From NCBI GenBank assembly GCA_044350895.1, contig JBILGT010000001.1, positions 41,874 to 105,873 of the forward strand: 64,000 nt of DNA, read 5' to 3'. This stretch comes from Limisphaerales bacterium (lineage in GTDB: Bacteria; Patescibacteriota; Microgenomatia; UBA1400; PJMF01). Of the stretch, positions 36,415 to 46,965 are shown piece by piece. Under the pieces are notes generated by a model, which worked only from the letters and a program-made list of their open reading frames with translations, was not told where the DNA came from and did no database searches. The position numbers were made by a program, and so were the translations under genes. The number at the start of each line of letters is the position of its first letter. Positions within the stretch are counted from its first letter, which is position 1.

Positions 36415-38604
36415 GTGAAACAATTTTTTATTTGGCTAATTCTTCAGATTTTTTTCTGTTTTTATGCTGCTTCTCCGGTTGCAGCTCGATCAGAACTGTA
36501 TCCTGTCACCCCCTTTGCCCAAGTCGACGGAGAAGTAACGGGGACTGTAGATGGGCAGGCGGTGCAGTTTGAATATCACCGAACATATCATCCAGATATA
36601 GTTGGTGTGAATATGCAAACGAGCAGAGTACGTTTTGCAAGTGATGGTCCAGTTGCAATGCAGTTGAATTTTGCTACACCGATCTCAGGGCCCTATCTTC
36701 AAGGAATTGGGAGGGGATATCCACTCCAGCAAAATGGAAACCAACTTACCTTTACTCTACCTGGACCAGGACATTACTACTTTAAAGCCGGAGGACTGCA
36801 AAAAACTATTTTATTTTGGATTGATGATTTAAATGCACCAAGAACAAAGCCAGGTGACCCTAATGTCGTAGACGTCACTACTCGCGGGATTCGCAATGAT
36901 CCAAGCGCAAACCAAAAAAATGAACTCCAAGCACTAATTACTGCAGTGCCAGATGGCACCATTTTATATTTCCCGGCAGGTGTATATCGGACGGGAGGGT
37001 TGAAAATATCAAGAAAAAATTTGACACTTTTCTTTGATCGCGGCGCACTGCTAAAAGGGACTGATAACAGTGCCGATTTTTTCAAGGGACTCATTGAAAT
37101 TGAGTATGGGCGTAACATTAAGTTGACAGGGTTTGGTACGATTGATGCCAATGGTATGGTCACATATTCCAACAGTGGCGGCAGAGAAATTAAGATAAGA
37201 AACATCCAAATAGATGACTCAACTGACATTACTCTTGAAAACTTACTATTTATGGACGCAAACTCTTGGTCAATTCACGTTCATCGTAGTACCAACTTTA
37301 CTGCAAGAAATATTAAAGTTTTTGGTGGAAAAGATGGTATTGATCCTGATTCAGTGACAAATGCTCTTTTGGAAAATGTGTTTGTTCAATCAGTTGATGA
37401 CAGTATTGCTGTTAAAAGTCGTGACGTCAGTGATAACACTCCTACAAATAACGTTCGGGTAAATAAGTGTATTGTTAGTAGTGGTCGAGCTACTGCACTC
37501 AAAATTGGTACAGAAAATCGACAGCCAATTACTGGTGTAACATTTGAACACTGCGATGTGATTGATTCCGATCGGGGGATGAGTATTTACACGCAGTACG
37601 GTGGACAAATTGCAGATGTTACATACAAAAACATTCGCTTAACAGGCGTAACTGATCCATGGAAAAACATACCGTACAGTGGTGGCGGACCGAGCATAAC
37701 CAATCTTGTCTATGAAAATATCATTGTGGGATTATCAACAAATAAAGCACGGATAAATCAAGGATATCCTGGTTTAAAAAAAGTAATGCTAAAGAATATT
37801 GTAATTCACACATTTGGTGCACCTGAGGAACGAGCTGGGGCATTGCGTGCAGATGCTGGTACAAATGTAAATGCATTTGGAGTTACTGCATATTGGAACG
37901 GTAAAAAAGGTGGCTGGCGTGGTGTCTTTGAAGGGGATGGATTTGTAGAAAAAATGAATGTCGTAGAAAACGACGGAGCTGGTCCTTCAATGGAGTTCTC
38001 AGACGCAGCAGGATTACCGCCTGCCACAGTACCAGTACCGCCAGCTGAACCAACTCCTGCATGTAAAATACAAACTCAAGTGACGTGTTCAAGCAGTACT
38101 TCAGTAAGTGTGAAGTATCAATTTACCCAACAGCCAAATTTTGACTATAAGCATTTTATAGTACGCATTAATGCATATCCTGAAAATAAAGCTGAATGTA
38201 CCAATGACTCTGGACAGCAGATCGATTGGTTTTGTGGTAGGGACACAGGAAAAGGTAATGATCTACAAGCATATAGTGAAAAAGTGGTGCAGGAGACAAC
38301 TTTTACGGCTGTACCGGGTGTTCCTTATAGAGTGGGTGTTTCAATTGATGCAAAAGCAGATGGGACACGTCTCTCTACCGGGCAATGTGCTGCAATACCG
38401 GTTGATATAACGTGTACAGCAGCTGTTACTCCAACTCAGTCAAGGAAGCCAGGTGATCTTGATCGAGACAATGACGTTGATATTTTTGACTACAACAAAT
38501 TGATCGAAAATTTTGGACGAGAAAATTGTGAGATCAATTTGACCGCTAGTTGTTTGATTGATATATATGACTACTCGATTGTTTTAGCCAAGTGGGGTAC
38601 ATAA
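36415..38604 (+). CDS. Secreted right-handed beta-helix (pectin-lyase-fold/GH28-like) protein with a C-terminal dockerin
   Basis: Signal peptide. Repeated beta-helix rungs (NIQIDDSTDITLENLLFMDANSWSIHVHRSTNFTARNIKVFGG...). C-terminus GDLDRDNDVDIFDYNKLIENFG plus a degenerate second dockerin segment. Confidence 0.55.
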   Translation: MKQFFIWLILQIFFCFYAASPVAARSELYPVTPFAQVDGEVTGTVDGQAVQFEYHRTYHPDIVGVNMQTSRVRFASDGPVAMQLNFATPISGPYLQGIGRGYPLQQNGNQLTFTLPGPGHYYFKAGGLQKTILFWIDDLNAPRTKPGDPNVVDVTTRGIRNDPSANQKNELQALITAVPDGTILYFPAGVYRTGGLKISRKNLTLFFDRGALLKGTDNSADFFKGLIEIEYGRNIKLTGFGTIDANGMVTYSNSGGREIKIRNIQIDDSTDITLENLLFMDANSWSIHVHRSTNFTARNIKVFGGKDGIDPDSVTNALLENVFVQSVDDSIAVKSRDVSDNTPTNNVRVNKCIVSSGRATALKIGTENRQPITGVTFEHCDVIDSDRGMSIYTQYGGQIADVTYKNIRLTGVTDPWKNIPYSGGGPSITNLVYENIIVGLSTNKARINQGYPGLKKVMLKNIVIHTFGAPEERAGALRADAGTNVNAFGVTAYWNGKKGGWRGVFEGDGFVEKMNVVENDGAGPSMEFSDAAGLPPATVPVPPAEPTPACKIQTQVTCSSSTSVSVKYQFTQQPNFDYKHFIVRINAYPENKAECTNDSGQQIDWFCGRDTGKGNDLQAYSEKVVQETTFTAVPGVPYRVGVSIDAKADGTRLSTGQCAAIPVDITCTAAVTPTQSRKPGDLDRDNDVDIFDYNKLIENFGRENCEINLTASCLIDIYDYSIVLAKWGT

Positions 38605-38641
38605 CAAGTTTTTGAGGAGTGTGATAGAGTAGTGAAATAGT

Positions 38642-39100
38642 ATGTCAGATGCACAATCTCGCCACGTTGATATCGATAATGCCCGTCTAGATGAGCAACG
38701 TCAAGTGATGCAAGAAATCATTGATGCAGATCATTGTCCGTTTTGTCGTGAAAATTTGGACAAATACCACAAGCAAGAAATTCTTAAAGAAGGTGAGTTT
38801 TGGCTGGTCACGAAAAACCAGTGGCCGTACGACTTCACAAAAGTCCACTTACTGCTGATTTATAAACAACATGCCACAGATCTTTCTGAGCTTGATCCAG
38901 AATCTGGCAAAGAATTGTTAGAACTTCTCCAGTGGGCACAAAAGGAATACAAAATTCCTGGTGGTGGTTGGGCAATGCGCTTTGGTGATACCGATCATTC
39001 GGCAGGAACAGTGGCACACATTCATGTGCAGTTCATCATGCCTGATCTTGAACATCCAGAGTTCAAACCAGTGCGGATTAAGATTGGGAAAAGTAAGTAA
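38642..39100 (+). CDS. HIT-family (histidine triad) nucleotide hydrolase/transferase-like protein
   Basis: VAHIHVQFI (HxHxHxx) near the C-terminus. N-terminal CPFC. Confidence 0.55.
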   Translation: MSDAQSRHVDIDNARLDEQRQVMQEIIDADHCPFCRENLDKYHKQEILKEGEFWLVTKNQWPYDFTKVHLLLIYKQHATDLSELDPESGKELLELLQWAQKEYKIPGGGWAMRFGDTDHSAGTVAHIHVQFIMPDLEHPEFKPVRIKIGKSK

Positions 39101-39152
39101 AATTTTAGAATTAACTTCTAGTTAGTACCATACTTTTTCAGTATAGTTAATC

Positions 39153-42100
39153 TTGATGCTTGCTGAACAAACGCCAACTGTATCGGGTGAATTTTTGAAA
39201 GGATTTGAGCTTCCTGAAAGATGGAAGCGTTTTAGTATATCTCGATTACTTGAAAAGAGACGAGTTGCTTCCTCTTTGAGGAACGAATACAGAGAAACTC
39301 TGCAGCAACCGTCTCCGGAGCCACTTACTCACTACCAAGATGATAATAATGAATTACATAACCTCTTTGCATACTTAGCAACTACTAGTGAGCTGGAGTT
39401 TGATACACCTAGTACGCAACTTCTCACGGGAATTGCTGAAAATATGCTTGCAGGTTCGCAGACATCAGAGCGTATCCAAGTGGTAATTATTAAGCGATCT
39501 CAACAATGCAATGCGTTTGTAACTGCCGACGGTACAATTTTTATGACGCAGGCTTTGCTAAATAAATGTACACATCTTGATGAAGCAGCAGCGGTAATCG
39601 GACATGAAGTTGGGCACATTATCAATAAAACCCATGTGCATACTAATTCAGTATATGTATTAGACCGAATGAGTGTCGCATGGGCACATGAAATGGCTGC
39701 AGATTTAGAGACTCCCCGTAAGCTTAAGCAAGCCGGATATAATTCTACAGCCCTTGCTTCCATTATAGTTAAAATCGGGAGTAACGGTCGTGATTTTGAG
39801 CATCAAGGTGCACTGATGCGAGGCTCACAAAATATTGGCCTTCATGCAGTTATTGATAATGAAGCAAGTGCTCAAGGATATCAACCAATTCCTGCAGAAC
39901 TGCATGGCAAAGTTAGTTACTCAAATTTAGAAATTCTGGATTACGCCAAGAAGCAAAATAATATTGCATTGTATAACAAGACAGTGCGAGCATTGCACTC
40001 CCATGACTTTGCCGCTGAGTATAGACGTATGCAAGCGATCAGTTTTCGTGACTCTGAGGAAAACCTCAAGGTATTGACGCAGGTTGTACTAGAACGACTT
40101 GAAGGTGTCGGATACACACATCAGCAAGCTATTTTTATACTACTCGGTTTTTCTTCTGCGGAATTTACATTTTCCCCAGGCTTTAAACTTTTTGAAGATG
40201 TAGCTGAACTTACAGAAATAATTTTGGAGATTCCTCACGTCGTGACGGATAACAACATTGAATCAAAACTTGAGTCAGCTGTCCCTGAAGTACTTAAGCC
40301 CGCCCAAATACTCTCATGCATACGCAAATTTTTTAATTCGGTACATCACAATTTGGGTACAGAGGAGTCTAAAAGAGGAAGTTTGCGAGTCAGCGAAAAT
40401 GAGCTTTTTTTGCTACTACATAATATACAAGAATTGAGAAAAAGTGATGAAAATTTTGCTAGGTTTTCTCATGTCATTGAAATCATTGATAGTGCCACTA
40501 CTGTAATTTTTCTCAAGTATATTTATTTGCGGTGCGTGGCAGAAGAAATTCCACAAGATCAACAAAAACCATTATTCCATTCTTTGTATGAAAAATATAA
40601 AGGTGAGGGGATGCATATTGTGCCAGGCACAGTTTGGGGATTTAAGGCAAGCAATGAGTATATTTCTCCTGAAAATCTTCAGTTTATGCAGTATGTGGGT
40701 GATGTACTGATGAATAGAGAACCAGAGGTAAAAGAACCACTGGTGGATGAAAAACTACAGCATTTATCAGAAAAAATGGGCCAAAGAGCAACCTCAATTA
40801 ATTATGAAGTGCTGAAGGAATTACTAGTCAAAATAAATTCGAATGAAGCCGAGAATCTTACAGATGAAAAACGTAAAGAGTATTTCTATAAATTTGCACA
40901 GCAAATTGAACAAGTGCCTTTTGCTAGTTACTACAATGTTCTCGAAGAATTAGCGGCAGAAAATAAAGGGCAGAATGCAGCAGGAAGAAAAGAATCTTTA
41001 CACGGGGCTAAACTCCCACCTACAGATAGTCATACTGCAAGCAACACCGCAATTTTTAGAATGTATGCTCTGCAAGAGGTAGCTTTTTTCTTATTTAAAA
41101 CTGATACCGATGCGTTCTATGAATGTTTGGAATACAGTTGTAATACTCCTGATATTCCTTGGGACACGCTATCTTTTGTACAAGTAACAAATCTCTGTTA
41201 CTCACTTTTAAATTTACCCAAGGGGAGCTGGGTATTAGCGGATAGAACAGGCTTTGTCCTAGAAAATTCTCTGCAACAAAAGTCTACTTGTACGGTGCTC
41301 AACTATGATCGAGTATGTAGCCTTGTACCGGTGCAGCGGTTACTGGAGCTTTCTGAACAAGAAATAACACAGCTTGGTGAAATTAGTTGGGATGCCGCAA
41401 CAATCGAAGGATTTATCGCACATGTTTCTGAAAAACAATCTGGTATGTTTAGTACACGCTCAATCTTAGATCAAGCCAGTAATAGAGATAATATTTATGC
41501 AGACAATCTGTTTACATTGATTGTCTGGAGACAGGAGCGACAGGCTTTAGTTAAGATTTTAGAACAATTTGTAAGTACAGATATTAATCGATTTTCATAT
41601 AGTTATTTTCAACAACTTCCAGACTTATATTTATTGGCGTATAGATTTTTACCCTTTGATGCTCGAAGAGAAACAATCTGTCGCAACATTGCCAATCGCT
41701 ATCTTTCAGAACCAAGTGTACAGCTTGGACGTAAAATTGATTTTTTACTTATGCACTTTGATAGGATTGGGATTGAAGGTTCATTCATTGTCGGGGAACA
41801 TATTCATACCATTGCGGATTACCAGATGTTCAGGGAAAAAGTCGGAGAGGAGAAGCTGAAAAAAATTTTGACGGGTGAGAAAGATGTAAAAGTGGTGGCA
41901 CTTTTGGACTATGCAACCTCACTAGTTACATCATTTTCTGGCGGGCTTCTTGATACGATTGATGACTCACAACAAAGTAGACGTAAGGCAACAACAGATG
42001 CTGCATATAAGTGGTTGAAAACCCTATTTGTGGACTCAAAAAAAAGTGTTTCCTATGTTCCCGATAAAGAAAAATTTGAAGTTGATTCACAAAGGCGTGA

Positions 42101-43904
42101 TTCATTTCACTCATTTGCTGATACTATTGCGGTCTTACGGTCTCTTTCACCAACTATGCGAAGTCTCATTTCACATAAATTATTGGTTGATACTGGAGGA
42201 GCATTAACAACTTTGGAAGCTCGGAGGGATCTTTCTCGGAGATTATTAGAAGGTCTACAACTCGATAAGAATACCTTACAAGGGATGTTGCTAGAAGCTG
42301 TAGTGATAGACGGTAAAGCAGAATTCATTGGTTTTCCTGCCGCTCAAATGATTGCACCGCTCTTATTTAGATCATTAGATCCGCAGGCATTGGATTACGA
42401 TACCTTGCTCGATAGTAATATTTCTGTAAAAGATTCTGACCCTCAAGCAAAAGTATTCACCCAGCAACCTAAAATCCGCGATCATATTGGAGAAGCACAG
42501 GCACGGCATATTTTGACTGCATCATCTCGTGATTTAGTAAAAGTTGGACGTGAGTATTCACTCGGTGAGTCACATACCGCTGCAGAATTTGCAGGACAAT
42601 CAGATGCAGAATATCGAGCTACCTTGGAAATGCTGGAAGGTCATTTTGTGCCACAAGAAAAGGTGGATGCACCAAAAGCCCAGTTAGGTATTGATGCCAC
42701 CACTGAGGCGCTTATTTCTGCTGCAGAGTCAAGTACAGCAGGCATTACTAGGCAATTACAACTTTCTACGCAATTTAAAAAATACCCCCCAGAATTGGAA
42801 GCACGGTTGCGACGTACCTTAGATTCCAATCCTGGACTACCAATGTTGCTAGCATGGGAGAACCTCTTCCTTTGGTCCACCCCAGAACAGGGAGATTCCC
42901 CAAAACGAGTAGCAGAAAAAGTTGCCCTTGGTGAGTACTTGCAGCAGGTTGAAATCCAGAAAAAAATTGCGGGAGGTAGTTTAAATACAATCTTTTTAGC
43001 TCACAATACTCAAACGAAAAGGGACATTGTCGCTCGTATACAGAATCCAAATGCAGAGTTTTTTGTACAAGCGGGCTATGAGCTGGTAGAAGCTGCATAT
43101 GATTACGTTTTGAAAAAAACAGGGAGAAAGTATGCCCGTGAAGTAAAAATTGGCAAGATGCTCAATGCACTAACTCAGCGATGGTGTATCAGAGATATTA
43201 ATGATCCATTCTATCTAGAAGATGATGCAAATTTCAGAAGTGTAATCGCGAGTGCAACACAAGCCAACTCACTTGATATAGAGTACTATGCACCTGAATT
43301 AGAATTCACGCAGCAAAAATTCAAAACAGAAACAGTAGCTGCCGGGACCACCGCCAATAAATTTCGCAGTGGCAAGGCAACAGCAGAACAAAAAAATTTG
43401 TCATTAGAAGCATTTTTCTATTTCTTTGAACATCAGCTAGACTTTGAAAAACACACAATTGCTAAAGATGGAACGGAATATATTTTGGTACATTCAGATC
43501 AACATCTTGGCAATTACACAGATGCTTTTGAAGAGAGTACTCTCCGCAGAGGAGTAATTGATCGCAATATGTTTTTACGCTTGGAACGACCGGATCTAAG
43601 AGTCATTCAATTGTATTTAGAACCAGATAAAGGAAGAGAATTTGCCCAAGCTTTAGTTGAACGTATTCTTGATAAAAACAAAGTACGTGGGGTGAGTAGA
43701 GCTACGTTCAAGGTCTATGTGACCTCAAAACTAATTCCAGAGTATACCCGTCAAAATTTCTCAGGTCACAGTGATGAACTCTTGCTTTTGCAAGTGGTTT
43801 TTGAAGCCTGTGCGCTCAAAGACATGGATATTCCATTGGAACTACAGCTTATGTTGCGTAACGCAGCGGCATACAAGGAATTGAAAAAAACGGTGGTTAC
43901 CTAA
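39153..43904 (+). CDS. Giant multidomain protein: N-terminal M48-like zinc metallopeptidase motif, ~1100-aa helical region, C-terminal ABC1/UbiB-like atypical kinase domain
   Basis: NAFVTADGTIFMTQALL...DEAAAVIGHEVGHI (residues about 120-156; nt about 39510-39620) is a canonical M48 signature. GGSLNTIFLAHNTQTKRDIVARIQNP (nt about 42970-43050) matches the ABC1 xASIAQVHxAxL...VAVKVQRP motif. VHSDQHLGN (nt about 43488-43511) matches the ABC1/APH catalytic loop HADPHPGN. No TM segments. Confidence 0.55.
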   Translation: MMLAEQTPTVSGEFLKGFELPERWKRFSISRLLEKRRVASSLRNEYRETLQQPSPEPLTHYQDDNNELHNLFAYLATTSELEFDTPSTQLLTGIAENMLAGSQTSERIQVVIIKRSQQCNAFVTADGTIFMTQALLNKCTHLDEAAAVIGHEVGHIINKTHVHTNSVYVLDRMSVAWAHEMAADLETPRKLKQAGYNSTALASIIVKIGSNGRDFEHQGALMRGSQNIGLHAVIDNEASAQGYQPIPAELHGKVSYSNLEILDYAKKQNNIALYNKTVRALHSHDFAAEYRRMQAISFRDSEENLKVLTQVVLERLEGVGYTHQQAIFILLGFSSAEFTFSPGFKLFEDVAELTEIILEIPHVVTDNNIESKLESAVPEVLKPAQILSCIRKFFNSVHHNLGTEESKRGSLRVSENELFLLLHNIQELRKSDENFARFSHVIEIIDSATTVIFLKYIYLRCVAEEIPQDQQKPLFHSLYEKYKGEGMHIVPGTVWGFKASNEYISPENLQFMQYVGDVLMNREPEVKEPLVDEKLQHLSEKMGQRATSINYEVLKELLVKINSNEAENLTDEKRKEYFYKFAQQIEQVPFASYYNVLEELAAENKGQNAAGRKESLHGAKLPPTDSHTASNTAIFRMYALQEVAFFLFKTDTDAFYECLEYSCNTPDIPWDTLSFVQVTNLCYSLLNLPKGSWVLADRTGFVLENSLQQKSTCTVLNYDRVCSLVPVQRLLELSEQEITQLGEISWDAATIEGFIAHVSEKQSGMFSTRSILDQASNRDNIYADNLFTLIVWRQERQALVKILEQFVSTDINRFSYSYFQQLPDLYLLAYRFLPFDARRETICRNIANRYLSEPSVQLGRKIDFLLMHFDRIGIEGSFIVGEHIHTIADYQMFREKVGEEKLKKILTGEKDVKVVALLDYATSLVTSFSGGLLDTIDDSQQSRRKATTDAAYKWLKTLFVDSKKSVSYVPDKEKFEVDSQRRDSFHSFADTIAVLRSLSPTMRSLISHKLLVDTGGALTTLEARRDLSRRLLEGLQLDKNTLQGMLLEAVVIDGKAEFIGFPAAQMIAPLLFRSLDPQALDYDTLLDSNISVKDSDPQAKVFTQQPKIRDHIGEAQARHILTASSRDLVKVGREYSLGESHTAAEFAGQSDAEYRATLEMLEGHFVPQEKVDAPKAQLGIDATTEALISAAESSTAGITRQLQLSTQFKKYPPELEARLRRTLDSNPGLPMLLAWENLFLWSTPEQGDSPKRVAEKVALGEYLQQVEIQKKIAGGSLNTIFLAHNTQTKRDIVARIQNPNAEFFVQAGYELVEAAYDYVLKKTGRKYAREVKIGKMLNALTQRWCIRDINDPFYLEDDANFRSVIASATQANSLDIEYYAPELEFTQQKFKTETVAAGTTANKFRSGKATAEQKNLSLEAFFYFFEHQLDFEKHTIAKDGTEYILVHSDQHLGNYTDAFEESTLRRGVIDRNMFLRLERPDLRVIQLYLEPDKGREFAQALVERILDKNKVRGVSRATFKVYVTSKLIPEYTRQNFSGHSDELLLLQVVFEACALKDMDIPLELQLMLRNAAAYKELKKTVVT

Positions 43905-45993
43905 ACACCCGCATCCGTGCGTCAACTATTTGTGCACCACTACCTTTATGGAACACCATAATTGGATTGACATCAAGTTCTGCAATCTCTGGGTGTTTGG
44001 TGAATAAATCAGAAACTCGAGCAATACATTCTTTTACAACTTTAAGATCGAACGGGGTTTGACCTCGAGCGCCTTTGAGAATTTGAGAAAACTTGAGGCG
44101 GTCAATCATGTCAGTAATATCATCTGGGGTGAGGGGAGCGAGACCAAAGGCAGCGTCCTTGAAAACTTCTGTGAAAACGCCACCCATACCAATTCCCACC
44201 AGTGCACCCAAATTTGGATCACGAACCGCACCAGTAATTAATTCTTTACCACTCAGTGTCACAAACGGCATGACAACTACGCCAGCAATATGTGCCTCTG
44301 GCTGATGCTTTTTTACTTGCGCTAAGAGCTTGTGATAGGCGCTTTCAGCATCCGCAGCTGCTACATCTACCATGACACCACCGACATCACTTTTATGCAC
44401 AATATCTGGAGAGAGAATTTTGAGAACTAAACGATCTCCACAGAGTTTGACTGCTTTTGGAATCTGATCTGGTGCGGTGATTTTCATCCACTTAATTACT
44501 GGTAACCCTGCTGCCTCAAGAATACTGAGCGCTACATCATCTGGCAGCCAGCCTTCAGAATTCAAGTGCGCATTTTTGATAAGGCTAGAAATTGCGGTGG
44601 TATCCACATCTTGGAAAGAAACGGGTTTTTCACCTGAGCGTTTCCAAATACTGAATGTATGGAGGATTCCCAAACCGTGCACGAGTGACTCAGGAAAATC
44701 AGTGGTGGTGATTTTGCCTGTCTGCAAAATTTGAATACCCGGTTGCACCCGGTCGCCGCCAATGAAACTGACCACTATTGGCTTTTTAGTGGCACGTTTT
44801 GCCGTCACGATTACTTTGGCTGTTGCTTCCACCTCAGTCATAGATTGCGGAGTTAATAGCAGCACGAGCGCGTCAACACCCTCGTCAGTGCTGACAATTT
44901 TGAGTGTGTCGTCATAGCGTTGCGCTTTGGCGTCGCCAAGGATATCAATTGGGTTATGAATATTCGCCGCAGGAGGCAAAACTTTTTGCAGCGCTTCCAC
45001 AGTTTCTTGAGAAAGTTTGGCAACACTCAGACCTTCATGAACTAGGGCATCAGTCACCAGCACGCCAACACCACCGGCGTTGGTGACAATTGCTACGCGA
45101 TCTTTGGGCAAAACAGGATTGAAGGCAAAGCACTCAGCATACAAAAAGAACTCTTCTATAGTTTGTGCTCTGATGATGCCTGCTTGGTGAAACAGTGCTT
45201 CGTAAAATGCATCGTTGCCAGCGAGAGAACCAGTATGTGATTGAGCTGCGGCAGCACCTGCTTCAGTTTGCTTAGATTTCAAAACAATAATTGGCTTGGG
45301 ATGACGGACGCGTCTGATTTTTTGCGCGACAGCCAAAATTTCTGTGAGATCACGGAGTGCTTCCACGTAGAGCAGAATCACCTTTGTGTCAGGATCATGC
45401 GCCAAGTATTCAAGCAGTTCAGTTTCTTTGAGTGTTGCTTTATTGCCCAGACTCAAAAACTTGGAAAAACCAATTTGTTGTTGGATGGCGTAGTCAATGA
45501 TAGCGGTACCCAGAGCGCCACTTTGTGAAAGAAACGCAACCGAGCCAGCAGGCGGAAGCTGTGGAGCAAACGAACCATTGAATCCCAGATTGGCATTCAT
45601 GACCCCCAGACAGTTGGGACCCACCAGTGTGATGTTGTATTTTTGCGCAATGGCAACGATTTGGTCTTCAAGTTCAGTTTGTCCGACTTCTTTAAAACCA
45701 GCACTGATGACAACCGCAGCTTTAACTTTCTTTTTGCCAGCCTCAGTCAAAACTTGCGGCACGATTGCTGCGGGGACGGCAATGATGGCGAGATCAACGG
45801 AGCCAGGGACTGCTGAAATATTTTCATAAACTGGCAGGTTGAACAAACTGCCACCCTTGGGATTGATGGGATAGATGTTACCTCTGAAACTTTCGACTAA
45901 ATTTTTGACCAAGTCGTTCCCAACACTTCCTGGTTGCGAAGAAGCTCCGATGATGGCAACAGATTTGGGGGAAAAAACAGCGTGTAAACTCAT
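43897..45993 (-). CDS. Acetyl-CoA synthetase (ADP-forming), fused alpha/beta (NDP-forming acyl-CoA synthetase)
   Basis: N-terminal CoA-binding domain (SVAIIGASSQPGSVG), succinyl-CoA-synthetase-like ligase domain, C-terminal ATP-grasp. 698 aa. Confidence 0.75.
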   Translation of the reverse strand: MSLHAVFSPKSVAIIGASSQPGSVGNDLVKNLVESFRGNIYPINPKGGSLFNLPVYENISAVPGSVDLAIIAVPAAIVPQVLTEAGKKKVKAAVVISAGFKEVGQTELEDQIVAIAQKYNITLVGPNCLGVMNANLGFNGSFAPQLPPAGSVAFLSQSGALGTAIIDYAIQQQIGFSKFLSLGNKATLKETELLEYLAHDPDTKVILLYVEALRDLTEILAVAQKIRRVRHPKPIIVLKSKQTEAGAAAAQSHTGSLAGNDAFYEALFHQAGIIRAQTIEEFFLYAECFAFNPVLPKDRVAIVTNAGGVGVLVTDALVHEGLSVAKLSQETVEALQKVLPPAANIHNPIDILGDAKAQRYDDTLKIVSTDEGVDALVLLLTPQSMTEVEATAKVIVTAKRATKKPIVVSFIGGDRVQPGIQILQTGKITTTDFPESLVHGLGILHTFSIWKRSGEKPVSFQDVDTTAISSLIKNAHLNSEGWLPDDVALSILEAAGLPVIKWMKITAPDQIPKAVKLCGDRLVLKILSPDIVHKSDVGGVMVDVAAADAESAYHKLLAQVKKHQPEAHIAGVVVMPFVTLSGKELITGAVRDPNLGALVGIGMGGVFTEVFKDAAFGLAPLTPDDITDMIDRLKFSQILKGARGQTPFDLKVVKECIARVSDLFTKHPEIAELDVNPIMVFHKGSGAQIVDARMRVFR

Positions 45994-46049
45994 GTGATTC
46001 AGTGTAACAAAAACTTGTTGACAGGAGAAACCGCAAATCAGCTTCTTGG

Positions 46050-46895
46050 TTACTGCTGAGAATCGATCACGCGAATGATCTCAACTCCAGCTTGCTTGAG
46101 AACTCGCTCGCCATCAAGCATGGCATAGCCTTTTTGGTAGAAGACACGTGTAAGTCCAGCATGGGCAATCAATTTGGCACACGGAGGGCAGGGGAAGTCA
46201 GTAACATACAGATCCGCACCTGACAAGTTTGTTCCCGCTGCGGCTGCCTCAGCAATCAGCTTTGCTTCGGCATGAATGGCCGTGTTGAGTTCAATATGAT
46301 CGCCTTTATGAAAATGTGCCCGAGCGTCTCCTTCTGCATACGGTTGTTGTTCAGAAGGGAGGTGCGTGTTGTGTGTTTGGGCAAGAATTGTGTTCTCTCT
46401 GACAGCCACTGCACCCACTTGGCGCCACCAGTCTGAGCTCTTGTTTCCCTCAAGAGATGCAAGCTCCATGAATTTTTTATCCACTCCTGCAGATGAAATT
46501 GTTTGATCAGGACTGGGAGTGAGTTCTGCTGCCGCACTTTTCTTATCCCAGCGCAAGAATATTGAACTTTTTTCAATGGTGCAGTTGGCGAGGTATTTGT
46601 GGGCAACTTCGGTGGTGACCACTTCATCAGGAATTATCACAGTGGCGTGAGCAGCGTTAAGTTGGTGCAAAAGTTCTTCAGAAACAATCTGTACGTCATC
46701 AAAAATGTTCCAGCTGAGGACTGCCTTCTGAACGAGCTCTTCAGATATGGCCCGTACTTCTTTATGCACCGGCGTAAATTCCTGAGCAATAGAAGCGGGG
46801 AGGATGTACAGTGTTCTGGCAGACAAGTTCTGGCTAAACAGCTGCACATAACCTTGATGTAAAACTGGAATATATGCAAGAATAACTGTGGACAT
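46050..46895 (-). CDS. CMP/dCMP deaminase zinc-binding domain protein with a ~130-aa N-terminal extension
   Basis: HAEAKLIAEA...PCPPCAKLIAHAG (H-A-E ... PCxxC). Confidence 0.6.
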   Translation of the reverse strand: MSTVILAYIPVLHQGYVQLFSQNLSARTLYILPASIAQEFTPVHKEVRAISEELVQKAVLSWNIFDDVQIVSEELLHQLNAAHATVIIPDEVVTTEVAHKYLANCTIEKSSIFLRWDKKSAAAELTPSPDQTISSAGVDKKFMELASLEGNKSSDWWRQVGAVAVRENTILAQTHNTHLPSEQQPYAEGDARAHFHKGDHIELNTAIHAEAKLIAEAAAAGTNLSGADLYVTDFPCPPCAKLIAHAGLTRVFYQKGYAMLDGERVLKQAGVEIIRVIDSQQ

Positions 46896-46965
46896 ATCCG
46901 TAATCCTATCATAAAAAATTAAAAATCTATGGTAGTAGTAAACTACTCAATCAAGAGCACACTGT

